Below the pieces are notes generated by a model. It saw only the letters and a program-made list of their open reading frames with translations. It ran no database searches and was not told the DNA's origin. A DNA stretch of 64,000 nucleotides, taken from the NCBI RefSeq assembly GCF_035084215.1, contig NC_090360.1, positions 10,850,001 through 10,914,000 of the forward strand, in the 5' to 3' direction. How positions within the stretch are numbered: position 1 is the stretch's first letter; the number at the start of each line of letters is the position of its first letter. Positions 1 to 12,959 of this stretch are shown here, in pieces. Source of the DNA: Heptranchias perlo. Its lineage: Eukaryota. The translations under genes were made by a program, and so were the position numbers.

Positions 1-786
1 TTGTTAAAGGTGAGGTTAAAAGAGATCTCTCGTATTGCGTTTGTTAAAGGTGAGGTTGAAAGCGGTCCAAGGGTATGAGTAAACTTGGCACTTAACCAGG
101 AAATTTTACTTTGGTAGAAGCCCAGTACGAAGTTGAATTGCGCAGACTTTGCATCCACTGCCACTGACCCTGGTGAATTTTTAGGTCTCAAGTTAATTGA
201 ACTTTGGGATCCCTATCTGCACCAGGAAGGCTGCTTTGGTGAGGGGCCCAATCACTGCTACAGGCCTTGAGACACCTGCAGCAGCAGAGGAGGCTGAAGG
301 GGAGAGCCAATTTTCATTCAAAAAATCTTAAATCTCAGTGCTGTGGACTGCAAGTGATCATCCCACAATTGATTGCACTCCTTAACAGGGCCATTTAACA
401 TTTAAATGATCTTCCACACATGAGGAACACGCTGGCATTCCTTACATCCTGTGTTATTATGACAATAATGGAAAATATGACCAATTATGTCACTTCACAA
501 TTGCCACACTCTTTGAACACACTTGCCCATATTCGAATGGAAATATTCAATGGCCGTTGTTACTTCTGGTGGAAAATCCTGGTGGTGACATTGACTGGTG
601 GGGGTATGGTGCCCTGGGCAGCTTTCTGCCTCTGTCTACCCCAGATCTATCCAAATTCAGTCAGAATAACAACGAAAAATCAAGGCTAAGATGTTCAGTC
701 ACTGCAATCAACAAAGCAAGTAGACTCCTGTATCATACTGCTAACTCAGTCGACTATAAACCAGAGGATGTCATGTTGAAACTATA

Positions 787-990
787 ATGTGGAGATGCCG
801 GTGATGGACTGGGGTTGACAATTGTAAACAATTTTACAACACCAAATTATAGTCCAACAAATTTATTTTAAATTTCACAAGCTTTCGGAGGCTTCCTCCT
901 TCCTCAGGTGAATGGTGTGGAAATGAAATTTTCGAATCCTTCGCATTTGTAAATCACAGAACAATGCCTGGTGATTACTGCCCGTTGCAA
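787..990 (-). mobile_element. Penelope-like pLTR copy 1 (with tail and hammerhead)
   Basis: Reverse complement of the repeat at 20965-21095, plus about 80 bp of extra 5' element sequence. Confidence 0.85.
874..912 (-). ncRNA. Minimal type I hammerhead ribozyme motif
   Basis: Minus strand reads TTCAC-CTGAGGA-A-GGAGG-AAG-CCTCC-GAAA-GCT-T-GTGAA: stem I TTCAC/GTGAA, CUGANGA and GAAA cores, stem II, palindromic AGCT stem III. Confidence 0.8.
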
Positions 991-1559
991 TGGAACATGC
1001 AAAGGCCATAGAGGGGAAAGCCTTGAGACTAATCCCTAATGTCAGAGGATATGAAATATGAGGGGAGACTGGAGAAGTTTAGGCTATTCATCCTTTGAAA
1101 GGAAATGACTTGGAGGGGATATTATACAACTCTGTATAATATATTAAACAGTGCACATACGGTATCCTATCAAAGAGTTCAAATTGGTGAAAGGCAAACT
1201 TAAGGCCAATGTCAGGAAGTTTTTCTTCATGTAAAAAGTGATTAACAATTGGAATGGGCTTCCAGGGAGCGTAGTGGAGGCAAAATCCTTGGAGTAATTT
1301 AAGAGATTGCTGATGTTGTGATGGGTGAATGGCCGCCTTCACCCTTACCTAGCTTATGACGTGGCAGAGGAATGTTGCCTCTGTGCCACAAGCAGAAATA
1401 TACTTGTTGAATCCCTTGAGGACTTGAAATATGTTGATGCTTCAAATCAGTGGACTGATAAGATTCTAGTGTCGTCCCCGTGATACCATCCTAGGCAATT
1501 TTGCAGTTTTAATTGTAGCACATCTGTGTCGACCCTTCTAATTTTCAATTGCATTGTTA

Positions 1560-2010
1560 AACAGACACTTGCCCAACTCCTTTTAAAAAGAATTAATCGA
1601 CACAACATGAGTTGCTTTTGCTGGGAATCCAACATACCCATTGCTTTCCGTCACTAAAACAAACATTGCTTTTAAACTCTGGTTTTGCTTGAGGCTTGCT
1701 GATTTTGTGCTCCTGTCATCCGCTTCTATACTCACAATCTTATTTAAATGCTTTATCCTTGCCTCTCATTGTTTTGAAGATTTGTATCAAGTTGTCTCTC
1801 ATTCTTTTCTCCAATGAACATAGTTTCAGTTTTATGCCCCAAGCCCTGAAATCATCACTCTCCTTTGATATCTGTCCAGTGGTCAATGTCTTTTCCCAGC
1901 TAGGATGCCCACAACTGCACACAGTGTTTGAAATGTAACCTGACCAGTGATTTGTGCAAGGTTGAAATCATCAATTTTGATTTATAATCACATGCTCTTA
2001 ACGTTTATTC
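1560..2010 (-). mobile_element. Old CR1 LINE 3' fragment
   Basis: ORF 1740-1922 LCSLEKRMRDNLIQIFKTMRG matches CR1 LFSLEKRRLRGDLIEVFKIMKG. Confidence 0.7.
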
Positions 2011-4103
2011 CCAGCAATGGATTTTATTATTGATAACTGCTTTGCATTGACCAGATACTTCGAGCGAGTAATTACATGCATCTCATTTTCCTTTTTTTGG
2101 GAATATCTTTGCAATGTAGCCATCTTTTTAAGAGCCACTTGTCTTTCAGGTATTAGTAAATTCTTCACTAATTTTCCACCAGATGGGAAATTGGAAATTA
2201 AATAATAAACACAGGACTCACTAAATTTCTGCCAACCTGAATCGACTATCCCTTGTTTATCTTGATGGCAATATCTGCCAATTATTAGTAGCCAGATTCA
2301 AACGAAACAGGTGTCACCTTCCAGAACATGGAGAATTACACCTGCTGAGGATAAGTTTGGAAACTAACACAGAATCTCTGATGTATTGTTGCCATTTTGT
2401 AACATGCATTTGACCTGAGATTTCCACAGCAATTGTTCTCACCGAGAAGGACAATGAGGTGTTATGATTTCAAATTGGAAGTGTGGCAAGTAAGAAGAGA
2501 TATGTGTCCATTTAGCAGGAATTATCAGCCAACATTGAATTACCTTGTTGTGTTCGAAGCACAGTGTTGGAGGAGATTCAGAACGAGCAGGAAGGTTTGT
2601 AGTCAATTTTGAGACTCTGTCCAATGTTTGAGACTGCCACCATAATGGTTAATAGCCATATGACTTAGCACGAGCAAGAATCAATACGTTGCAGTATGTA
2701 AGCAATAGTTTACAAAGCACAATTGAGAATTATATTATCTCATCGTCCTTTGGGTAGAAGCTGCGACCTCGTTCCCCGTCCCTTCATGCACGTACTCTCA
2801 TTCTCGTTTACCTGCCTGGTACTTTCTTTTTTTTCTGTCCTCTACACTTGACAAAGGCTCAGACTCCCCAGTTATACCCCCACAAAAACAGAACTGCGGC
2901 AAAATACGTCCAGATAGTTTCCAAAATGCTCCCTTTCATTTACCCAATCGTGTAGACAACACGTATTTGTCCAGAAGAGACGGTGCCTTGTGGCCCTCTT
3001 GTCTCGCCTTATCCCTAGCACAGTGTTGCTCAGTCCCTGCTGTTGATAAATCACCCTATAGGCCTTGAAGGTGACAGGACATGGCTAGCTTCAGCATTCC
3101 ACTATGTCTGAAGCATTGTGGGGGTAACGTTATATTCCTCCCTTAGTTTAGAATAGCAAGATTCTCATGGCTGTTAGTGCCTGCAGCTGCACTAAGTTAA
3201 TTTAAAAGCAGTCTATAGTACAGTACTTTCAGCTAAAGTGTTGACTAATTAACCCTTTCGAGCCTGGTTCCCCTAAATACCTTGACCTATATTTCCTTAC
3301 AGGTTATCATGGAGATCTGGGAGTTGAATGCTTCATGCCTCTATCAATTCAACCACTCTCATTGTGAAAGCAAAAGCCACAGCTGCCTTGAGTTTTCTTG
3401 CCGCAGGGTCCATCCAAGTTCCTGGTGGAGATTTAAACTGGCATTGCTCAGGAAGCAATGTCCAATTGTATTCAGGATGTGATTGACGCTTTTATGGTAT
3501 GTTCTTCATGCTTCATTCATTTCTCCAAAAAAGTAGAACAACTCTAAAACCAGTAAGAGCTGCTGCAGGGTCTGCAAAAAGTGCAGGGTGTTTTCAATGG
3601 TACACTTGTTGAGATATGGACCCATCCTGGGGACTACAACAACCACAGAGGATTCCACTGCTTAATCACAAAGGTAGTCTCTGATAAAGCATGAAAATAT
3701 CATGGTGACTACTGAAAAATTCCCTAGGTCAACACATGATCCCATAATTTAATACAGTTGGTGCGTACTGACTATGCTCGTCAGGGATAACTGTGTCTGC
3801 GCTGGAAGCTATTGGCCGAAACCTTGGCTAACAACAGCAGTGCAAAGCCGTTGGAATGCAGCAAACTGTATGTACAGTCAAACTCATAAGGCTGTCAGAT
3901 CAGTTGTAGACTTTACGTTTGTTTGTGATGTGGACACGTGTTTGTGAAGAAGTAGCCAGGCCGGTGAGTATAATTTGAGTTGTGGATGTTGCTGGTATTG
4001 GTGAAGGTGGTGCTGATTTCTCATTGGTGACAGTTACCTACTAGTGATAAGTAACATGACAAAAATAGTTATTTAAGTTTTCACACGCAAATGAATTTCA
4101 GTT

Positions 4104-4853
4104 CAACAAGAGAGAGTCTAACCACCTCCCCTTGACATTCAACGGCATTACTATCGCCGAATCCCCCACCATCAACATCCTGGGGGGTCACCATTGACCA
4201 GAAACTTAACTGGACCAGCCATATAAATACTGTGGCTACGAGAGCAGGTCAGAGGCTGGGTATTCTGCGGCGAGTGACTCACCTCCTGACTCCCCAAAGC
4301 CTTTCCACCATCTACAAGGCACAAGTCAGGAGTGTGATGGAATACTCTCCACTTGCTTGGATGAGTGCAGCTCCAACAACACTCAAGAAGCTTGACACCA
4401 TCCAAGATAAAGCAACCCACTTGATTGGCACCCCATCCACCACCCTAAACATTCACTCCCTTCACCACCGGCGCACTGTGGCTGCAGTGTGTACCATCCA
4501 CAGGATGCACTGCAGCAACTTGCCAAGGCTTCCTCGACAGCACCTCCCAAACCCGCGACCTCTACCACCTAGAAGGACAAGAGCAGCAGGCACATGGGAA
4601 CAACACCACCTGCACGTGCCCCTCCAAGTCACACACCATCCCGACTTGGAAATATATCGCCGTTCCTTCATCGTCGCTGGGTCAAAATCCTGGAACTCCC
4701 TTCCTAACAGCACTGTGGGAGAACCGTCACCACACGGACTGCAGCGGTTCAAGAAGGCGGCTCACTACCACCTTCTCAAGGGCAATTAGGGATGGGCAAT
4801 AAATGCCGGCCTCGCCAGCGACGCCCACATCCCGTGAATGAATTTTTAAAAAA
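4104..4853 (+). mobile_element. Young CR1-group LINE family B, 5'-truncated
   Basis: ORF 4232-4789 (RT C-terminus ...YKAQVRSVMEYSPLAW...). Near-identical to 50625-51368; shared 3' end GGGCAATAAATGCCGGCCTCGCCAGCGACGCCCACATCCC. Confidence 0.92.
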
Positions 4854-5405
4854 CAGTCTGATCCGGCTGATCTCCACTCTTTGCATTCTGTTTCTACAAT
4901 TACCATGAATTGATCTCTCCCATGGATGGAAGCAGGCATATGCATTGTGTGCAAATCTGGACCTTTTTATTGCAAATCAGCTGTTGGAGCTCCACAGCAC
5001 CTGAATAAGAGATCACTGCCGTTCTGCTTCTTGATAGCGCTGGCCATGGCTGCAGTACATACCCGATTCTGCTGTTTCATTCCAGGAGTGGACTCTGTAC
5101 TGTAGGCTGCCCGTGGGAATTACCACTCGTGTGATAGATCAGGAATTCCCAGCCGCAGCACAGAGCCCGTTCCCAGAGCGAAGTAGCTGCGTCAGATGGG
5201 AGCTGCAGCTGGGACCAACGGCGAGAAAATCAGTAAGGAGTTGTAGGAATCTGTGAATTGGGTGGAGAGAAAGGTAGTTCAGAGCATGAAATAATGCACC
5301 ATGTTTTTGGGGAGGCTGGTGCCACAAGAAACACCAGTTACCAAAACCATTCCTGCGCTAGATGTGGAGGTCACTGATTTAGCATTTAAAATACCCGTGT
5401 CCATC

Positions 5406-5690
5406 TGAGGCCCTATCTCCCTGTTTAGGTGGACATAAAAGATCCATGGTGCAATTTGAATAAGAGCTAGGAAGTTTTCTCAATGCCCTGGTCAATATTT
5501 ATTCCTCAATCAATACCACCATAAACAGATTAACTGGTTATTTATCTCATTTTGTTTGTGAAGCCTTGCTGGACACAATTGGCTGCCCATTTACCTGCAC
5601 AGCAACAGAGACTATATTTCATAATAATTCATTGTCTGTGACTTCCTGAGGACATGAAAGGCACTGTATAAATGCAAGTACTTTTTTTCC
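5406..5690 (+). mobile_element. DeuSINE (SacSINE1-like) 3' part
   Basis: GGTGGACATAAAAGATCC...GAAAGGCACTGTATAAATGCAAG; homologous to 33803-34240. Confidence 0.75.
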
Positions 5691-6794
5691 CTTAGCTAGT
5701 TCCTGAACAAGTGCCTATTCCTACAGCCCAAAAGTCTCTCGTCAGTCATTTCTGACTTAGCAAAAGGAGCAATCAAGACAAAAGGATCCTACATTTGTCC
5801 CACTCTCTTACTGTTATACATCTTTCCTGGCCAAGTGGCAACCTGCTCCCAGTTTATGACAATGCTGCTTTTGAGCTAGCATCTAGGAAATGCATGAAAA
5901 TGGGCTACATGGCAACTGCCTGCTCCCCTGCATTTGTTCCTCCTCCCTCCCCTTGTAAAAGTGCCTACTCCTGCTCAGTACAGTAATCATTTGTGAGAAA
6001 TTAATTCTTCTCCAACTTGCAAGCAATGAAAGCTCAATTATGTCACAAACATGGTGGGGGGGGCAGTTGCAGCTTTAAATTATTACAGGAAAACTTAATT
6101 TCCTGCAGAAGTTGAGCTTTGCCAAGAGCTGAGAAAGAGTTATCGTCCAATCGTACTGACGAGTTTAGAATGATTGTAGACTAGTGCGACTGGTGAGAGC
6201 TTGTATTTTTGCCACGAGTTACGTTATCTTCTTTATGAAATGCAGAGTAACAGATGGTTGGGTGTGAATTACAGTCGTGTTTGTGATCCTCGCTCGGTCT
6301 GGGTCAACCCACAAGTACTTAAATAAAATTAGACTGAATCAGCGACCCCATACCTGTCTGAAGATGCAAATCTAACAAAGTGGGGTGAGTGCGCAGGCTG
6401 AGGAGGTAATGAAAAACAACAGGCCTGTGGCTCGTAAGTGCTGCAGTTGCAGCTCCAACATCAGACATGTAAAATTATAGGAGAATTACGTGCATGTTTG
6501 AACATAGTGCTGCTGTGTGATTTACCGAAGTATCATTGTAGGACGAGACAAAGAAATGTACCTGGCATAATGTAAGACATAGTGCATACTCTGTAGTGAG
6601 CGTGTCACTACATCCCTCTCCTGTACAAATACTTTATTCAGTTTAAGCTGCCATGTAGGCCTTAAAAATAAGGTTCTTACCTTCTGTTCATGTAAGTAAT
6701 ATAAGCAGCTGTCTTTTGAGCAAAGTCGAATTTCTTCTACTCTTCAGCACCTTTGTAATTTATTCATGAACTAAAACCTGAATCCCATTAAGGA

Positions 6795-7504
6795 CTTAGT
6801 TGTAGGGAATGAAGCTGGGCAGGTGGAAGGAGTATCAGTGGGAGAGCATTTTTGGTGGTCGTGATCATAATTCGGTTAGATTTAGCATAGTTATGGAAAA
6901 GGACAGAGATGGAACAGGAGTAAAAGTTCTCAATTGGGGAAAGGCAAATTTTACTAAGCTGAGAAGTGATTTTGCAAAAGTGGACGGGAAACAGCTACTT
7001 GAAAGATAAATCAGTGTCAGAGCAGTGGGAGGCATTCAAGGGGGAGATAGTGAGGCTTCAGAGCAAATATGTTCCCACAAAGAAAAAGGGTAGTGCATTT
7101 GATGTAGTCTACGTGGAATTTAGCGTGGATTTTAGCAAGGCTTTTGACAAGGTCCCACGTGGCAGACTGATAAGAAAAGTAAAAGCGCATGGGATCCAAG
7201 GGAAAGTGGCAAGTTGGATCCAAAATTGGCTCAGTGGCAGGAAGCAAAGGGTAATGGTCGATAGGTGTTTTTATGACTGGAAGACTGTTTCCAGTAGGGT
7301 TCTGCAGGGCTCAGTACTTGGTCCCTTGCTTTTAGTGGTATATATTAATGATTTAGACTTAAATGTAGGGGGCATGATTAGGAAGTTTGCAGATATACAA
7401 AAATTGGCCGTGTGGTTGATAGTGAGGAGGAAAGCTGTAGACTGCAGGAAGATATCAATGGACAGGTCAGGTGGGCAGGAAAGTGGCAAATGGAGTTCAA
7501 TCCA
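6795..7504 (+). mobile_element. CR1 LINE (host of a nested insertion), left part, internally deleted
   Basis: End of the endonuclease domain (DHNSVRF) is joined directly to RT motifs DFSKAFDKVP, VLQGSVLGP and KFAD. Confidence 0.9.
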
Positions 7505-10400
7505 ATATAGAAGCATCCATAATAAGGTAGACAAATTAACAGCACAAATAGATGTAAACGGATACGATATAATTGCAATTACGGAGACATGGCTGCAGGG
7601 TGACCAAGGCTGGGAGCCGAATATCAAGGGTATTTGATATTTAGGAAGGACAGGCAAAAAGGAAAAGGAGGTGGGGTGGCTTTGTTGGTAAAGGATGAAA
7701 TCAGAGCAATAATGAGAAAGGATATTGGCCCAGAAAATCAAGATGTAGAATCACTCTGGGTGGAGTTAAGAAGCATCAAGGGGCAGAAAACACTGGTGGG
7801 AGCTGTCTATAGGCCTCCAAACAGTGGTAATGTAGGGAACGGCATCAAACTGGAAATTAGAGATGCATGTAACAAGGGTACTACAGTAATCATGGGTGAC
7901 TTTAATCTACATATAGACTGGCCAAACCAAATGAGCAATAATACTGTGGAAGATAAATTCCTGGAGTGTGTACGAGATGGTTTTTTAGACCAATACGTTG
8001 AGGAGCCAACTAGGGAACAGGCTATCCTAGATTGGGTGTTGTACAATGAGAAGGGGTTAATTAATAATCTTGTTGTGCGGGAAGATTGACCATAACATGA
8101 TAGAATTCTTCATTAAGATGGAAAGTGAAGTAGTCCAATCCGAAACTAGGGTCCTATATCTAAACAAAGGAAACTACAAAGGTATGAGGAGTGAGTTGGC
8201 TATGATAGATTGGGATGCTTCATTAAAAGGCATGACGGTGGATAGGCAATGGCTAACATTTAAAGAATGAATGCATGAATTGCAACAGTTATATATTCCT
8301 TTCTGGTGCAAAAACACAAAATGAAAAGCGGCCCAACCATGGCTAACAAAAGAAATTAAGGATAGTATTCGATCCAAAGAAGAGTTATATAAAGTTGCCA
8401 GAAAAAGTAGCAAGCCTGAGGATTGGGAGCAGTTTAGAATTCAGCAAAAAAGGACCAAGAGATTGATTAAGAGGGGAAAAATAGTGTATGAGAGTAAACT
8501 TGCAAGGAACATAAATGCAGACTGTAAAAGCTACTACAAATATGTAAAAAGAAAAAGATTAGTGAAGACAAATGTAGGTCCCTTACAGTCAGAATTGGGA
8601 GAATTTATAATGGGGAACAAGGAAATGGCAGAGCAATTAAACAAATACTTTGATTCTGTCTTCACGGGAGAGGACACAAATAACTTCCCAGAAATGCTAG
8701 GGAACCAAGGGACTAGTGAGAAGGAGGAATTAAAGGAAATTAGTATGAGTAAAAAAAATAGTGCAGGAGAAATTAATGGGACTGAAAGCTGATAAATCCC
8801 CAGGGCCTGATAATCTGCATCCCAGAGTACTAAAAGAGGTAGCCATGGAAATAGTGGATGCATTGGTTGTCATCTTCCAAAATTCTATATATTATGGAAC
8901 AGTTCCTGCAGATTGGAGGGTGGCAAATGTAACCCCACTATTTAAAAAAGGAGGGAGAGAGAGAATAAGGAACTATAGACCGGTTAGCCTAACATCAGTA
9001 GTGGGGAAAATGCTAGAGTCTATTATAAAGGATGTGATAACAGGACACTTAGAAAATATCAACGGGATTAGACAAAGTCATCATGGATTTCTGAAAGGGA
9101 AATCATGTTTGACAAACCTATTGGAGTTTTTTGAGGATGTAACTGGTAGAATATATAAGGGAGAATCAGTGGATGTGGTGTATTTGGATTTTCAGAAGGC
9201 CTTTGATAAAGTCCCACATAAGAGTTAGTGTGCAAAATTAAAGCACATGGCATTGGGAGTAATATACTGGCATGGATTGAAAATTGGATAACAGACAGGA
9301 AACAGAGAGTAGGAATAAATGGGTCTTTTTCGGGGTGGCAGGCGGTGACTAGTGGTGTACCACAGGGATTAGTGCGTGGGCCCCAGCTATTCACAATATA
9401 TAAATAAATATCAATAATTTGGATGAGGGAACCGAATGTAGTATTTCCAAGTTTGCTGACGACACAAAACTAGGTGGGATCGTGAGTTGGGAGGAGGATG
9501 CAAAGAGGCTTCAAGGCGATTTAGACAAATTGAGTGAGTGGGCAAATACATGGCAGATGCAGTATAATATGGATAAATGTGAAGTTATCCACTTCAGAAG
9601 GAAAAACTGAAAGGCAGGGTATTATTTAAATGGTGATAGATTGGGAAATGTTGATGTACAAAGGGACCTGGGTGTCCTTGTACACCAGTCACTGAAAGCA
9701 AACATGCAGGTGCAGCAAGCAGTTAGGAAGGCAAATGGTATGTTGGCCTTTACTGCAAGAGGATTTGAGTATAGGAGCAAGGATGTCTTACTGCAATTAT
9801 ACAGGGCCTTGGTGAGACCACACCTGGAGTATTGTGTGCAGTTTTGGTGGTCTTACCTAAGAAAGGATAACCTTGCCATAGAGGGAGTGCAGCGAAGGTT
9901 CACCAGACTGATTCCTGGGATGGCAGGACTGTTGTATGAGGAGAGATTGGTTTGACTAGGCCTGTATTCACTCGAGTTTAGAAGAATGAGAGGGGATCTC
10001 ATTGAAACGTATAAAATTCTGACACGTCTAGACAGACTGGATGCATGGAGGATGTTTCCCCTGGCTGGGGGTCTAGAATGAGGGGTCACAGTCTCAGGAT
10101 AAGGGGTAGGACATTTATGACTGAGATGAGGAGAAATTTCTTCTTTGAGAGGGTGGTGAACCTGTGGAATTTTCTACCACAGAAGGCTATGGAGGCCAAA
10201 TCAGTGAATATATTTAAGAAGGAGATAGATAGATTTTTAGACATGGAAGGCATCAAGGGGTATGGGGAGAGAGCAGGAGAGCTCTGCCATTTCCTTGTTC
10301 CTCATCATAAATTCTCCCGTTTCAGCCATGATCATATTGAATGGCGGAGCAGGCTCGAATGGCCTACTTCTGCTCCTATTTTCTATGTTTCTATGTTCCT
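7505..10400 (+). mobile_element. CR1 LINE with near-complete ORF2 (APE endonuclease + RT), frameshifted, with 3' UTR and tail
   Basis: Motifs IAITETW, GGGVAL, YRPP, MGDFN, NYRPVSLTS, LDFQKAFDKVPH, KFADD, RPHLEY; (TTCTATGT)n tail; flanked by AATCCA at 7499-7504 and 10401-10406. Confidence 0.95.
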
Positions 10401-10672
10401 AATCCAGAGAAGTGTTTGGTAATACATTTGGGGAGGGCAAACAAGGCAAGGGAGTGCACAATAAATGGGAGGATACTGAGAGGTGTAGAGGAACATTGGG
10501 ACCTCCGAGTGCATGTCCACAGATCCCTGAAGATAGCAGGACAGATGGATAAGGTGGTTAAGGAGGCATACGGGATACTTTCCTTTATTAGCTGAAGCAT
10601 AGAATATAAGAGCAGGAAGGTTATTCTAGAACTATATAAAACACTAGTTAGGCCACAGCTTGAATACAGCAC
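10401..10672 (+). mobile_element. CR1 LINE host element, right part
   Basis: Resumes the reading NPEKCLVIHLGR... exactly where 7504 (WQMEFNP) stopped. Confidence 0.88.
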
Positions 10673-11112
10673 CAACCCCCCAATGATCGCAGATCCCTGA
10701 CCCCCAATCGTGGACCCCCCCTCCCCCGATCCTCCCCCTCCCCACCCCCCCCCACCCCACTCCAATCCTCCGACCCACGATCCTCCCCCTCAACGATCAC
10801 GGACCCCTGCGATGATTCCCAATCCTGACACCCCCCCCATGACTAAACCCTGATCCCATCCCCCATGACTCACGGACCCCATGCTAATCTATGCCCACCC
10901 ATGCCCCCATGCATACTGACAAAGACTTACCTGCAGACTTACCTGAAATCATCCTCTCCTTGGCTGGTCTCCCGTCTGACTAAGACCAGCCTGTCAATCA
11001 GCCGGACGGGAAACGGACAAAAAAAAAAGATGTCCTTACATCAAAACCGTAAGGACATCCAGGAAACCCGTACTAATGGGTTTCCCGACCTTAATTTGAA
11101 CCCCCCCCCCAC
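10673..11112. repeat. C-rich repeat, probably a non-autonomous DNA transposon fragment
   Basis: Repeated CCCC/GATC units followed by a GC-rich terminal-like segment ending ...AATTTGAACCCCCC. Confidence 0.45.
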
Positions 11113-11139
11113 CCTCTTCCCAGCTCCATTTTAAAATTG

Positions 11140-11420
11140 AGCCTGGTGAGTGAGCAGGACTTAAGCCCAGGATAGGATGTGGTTGGGCTGAGTTTTGGAT
11201 GTGTTGGAATTGCTGTAGGATGGTGCTTGGGAGACAAGCAATGAGTGCATTGGAGAAGTTGAGCCTGGAGCTGATAAAAAGATGGGACTGAATATCTTCA
11301 TTTACCTCATAAATCAATGCTGGGCAACTACTTTATTACAAGGGTCTCAGGAATAGTGGAGAAGGAAGTAAGCAGTCTTGCTGGTGGGTAAGATATGGGT
11401 AAAAGCTCAGGTTTGAACAA
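11140..11420 (-). mobile_element. Old L2 LINE fragment
   Basis: HLFISSRLNFSNALIACLP...QHIQNSA resembles L2 HAFISSRLDYCNALL...QLIQNAA. Confidence 0.7.
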
Positions 11421-11429
11421 TTTCCTTGC

Positions 11430-11782
11430 CAATGTTCTCCCCTCCTTTCAAGGCATTGGCTCCTTGCTGGGGTATAGTTCCATGGACACAGGGGGCCTTC
11501 TGGTACTTTTCTCATGACTGTTTTTCACATCTGAGCTTTGACAGTGAGTATTCAACCAGGAGTGGAATCGCAGCTGAGTCTGAGCCTGTCCTCAACCAAA
11601 CTACACACATATACTCTCAGCAGGAGTCGCTGGAGAGCAATGAGCAGCTCAGTTGAAGCACCCCTTGCATTGTCCTGGCTGAGATCAGCTAACTCAACAC
11701 AGACCAAGTATTGATCCTGGAACCTTCCTGGTCTGTATAGCTTAGCTATGCACTAGATTAATTGATTAAGACATTGGGGGGA
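11430..11782 (-). mobile_element. Old SINE family C copy
   Basis: Reverse complement shares GGTCTGTGTTGAGTTAGCTGATCTCAGCC and the downstream body with 33255-33610. Confidence 0.65.
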
Positions 11783-12959
11783 ATGAGGTTTACTTGTTGA
11801 AACTGGGATCACAGATGGTAGTTGAATGCTGTCACAACTATCACTTAGGATTCTGGAAGTAGAAACTAATCGTATTAACGTGACATTGATTCTGTAAACT
11901 CAACATAATTGTTTGAGTCGGTTATTGATCATTCTGGCACAATCTATATGCCCAACAAAATTCAATGGCAAAGAACTCGGGATACAGTTCTTCAAATAGT
12001 TCTATTTGAAGAAATATATCCATTTCAATTGCATTGAGGAGAGCTTTGTTTAGTCACAGTGTCATGTGATTAACTGTGTTTGCAACACCAGTCTGGGTCT
12101 ATTTTCTTGTCAGATTGGATATATCTGACATTTAATTGAATTTGTAAAATAGTCACACAATCAAATGAATGAGTTTGATGCGGAGCACTGACTTAAAAGG
12201 AACTTTTATAAATGTTAAGGAAGACGTGGATACATTCGGTCTAAAAGAAAGTATCCAGCATGAGGCAAGGTAATTAGAACCTATAAAATCAATAGGTTTC
12301 TTGAATGTTTTCCTCGAGAGCTTTTTATTCATTTGTCCTTAATCATTATTAATATTTCCATTGAAACTGTTGTTGAAAACAGGATATCTGATTGAGTTTG
12401 ACATTTTTGCTCGGTAATGGAATTTGTTTGGTGTTCTCCAACAGCAAACCTCACTGTTTTGAAGAAGTGTGATCTTACCACGTGCCTCTATGGCTGACCT
12501 ACAATAATTAAATGCCAATTCTATTCTGACTTTATCCTGTGCTCACTAAGACATTCAGCTTTGAACTTCACAATGTTTAAATATTTATATGAAGAAAAAA
12601 GTCACACCAAACCTTTGTAAAAGAGGAGTCTGAAACCACTGCAGGGTCGACCTCAGTGTGATGCCAATTAAGTGAAACACAAGGCCCTCATCTGAAATGG
12701 CCAGTTCAGATAAACTCCCAATTTTGTGCTAACAAAGTAATTTACTCTAGTCTTATGGAGAACTGACAGAGCTTTCATGATTCTCTCATTAAAGATGCAT
12801 TATCCTCTTCCTCAGCCCTGTAATCAGTGTAATGGAAAATTACATTTATTTATGAAATATTTCCAATGATGGGTGGATGGATAAGTGAAACAAATACAGC
12901 TTCACTTCAATAGCTATTGGGATTTGGGACATCTCTCTGCTTTTAGCATCCAATGCCAT

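Larger units (their letters stand above)
690..1345 (+). mobile_element. Old CR1 LINE 3' fragment, split by PLE insertion at 787-990
   Basis: AINKASRLLYHTANSVDYKPEDVMLKL matches the CR1 RT C-terminus; CR1-like sequence resumes after about 995 (GAGACTGGAGAAGTTTAGGCTATTC...). Confidence 0.65.
400..3750 (-). mobile_element. Heavily decayed Ty3/Gypsy pol fossil (RT, RNase H, integrase remnants), interrupted by younger inserts
   Basis: Minus-strand remnants lie in Gypsy order: W..SSVVVVVPR/DGSI at 3615-3660 (cf. WASPVVVVPKKDGSIR), a DYKP-like RNase H remnant near 2600, HQDKQGIV at 2244-2267 (cf. integrase HEGHQGIV), and weak integrase-core remnants near 420-580. Many frameshifts. Confidence 0.4.

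Noticed and set aside
1-58. 17-bp direct repeat TTGTTAAAGGTGAGGTT, 41-bp period
   Set aside because: Only two units at the window edge; cannot be interpreted.
6966-7637. 223-aa ORF as a real RT-endonuclease fusion gene
   Set aside because: It is an accidental read-through across a deletion and a nested CR1 junction.
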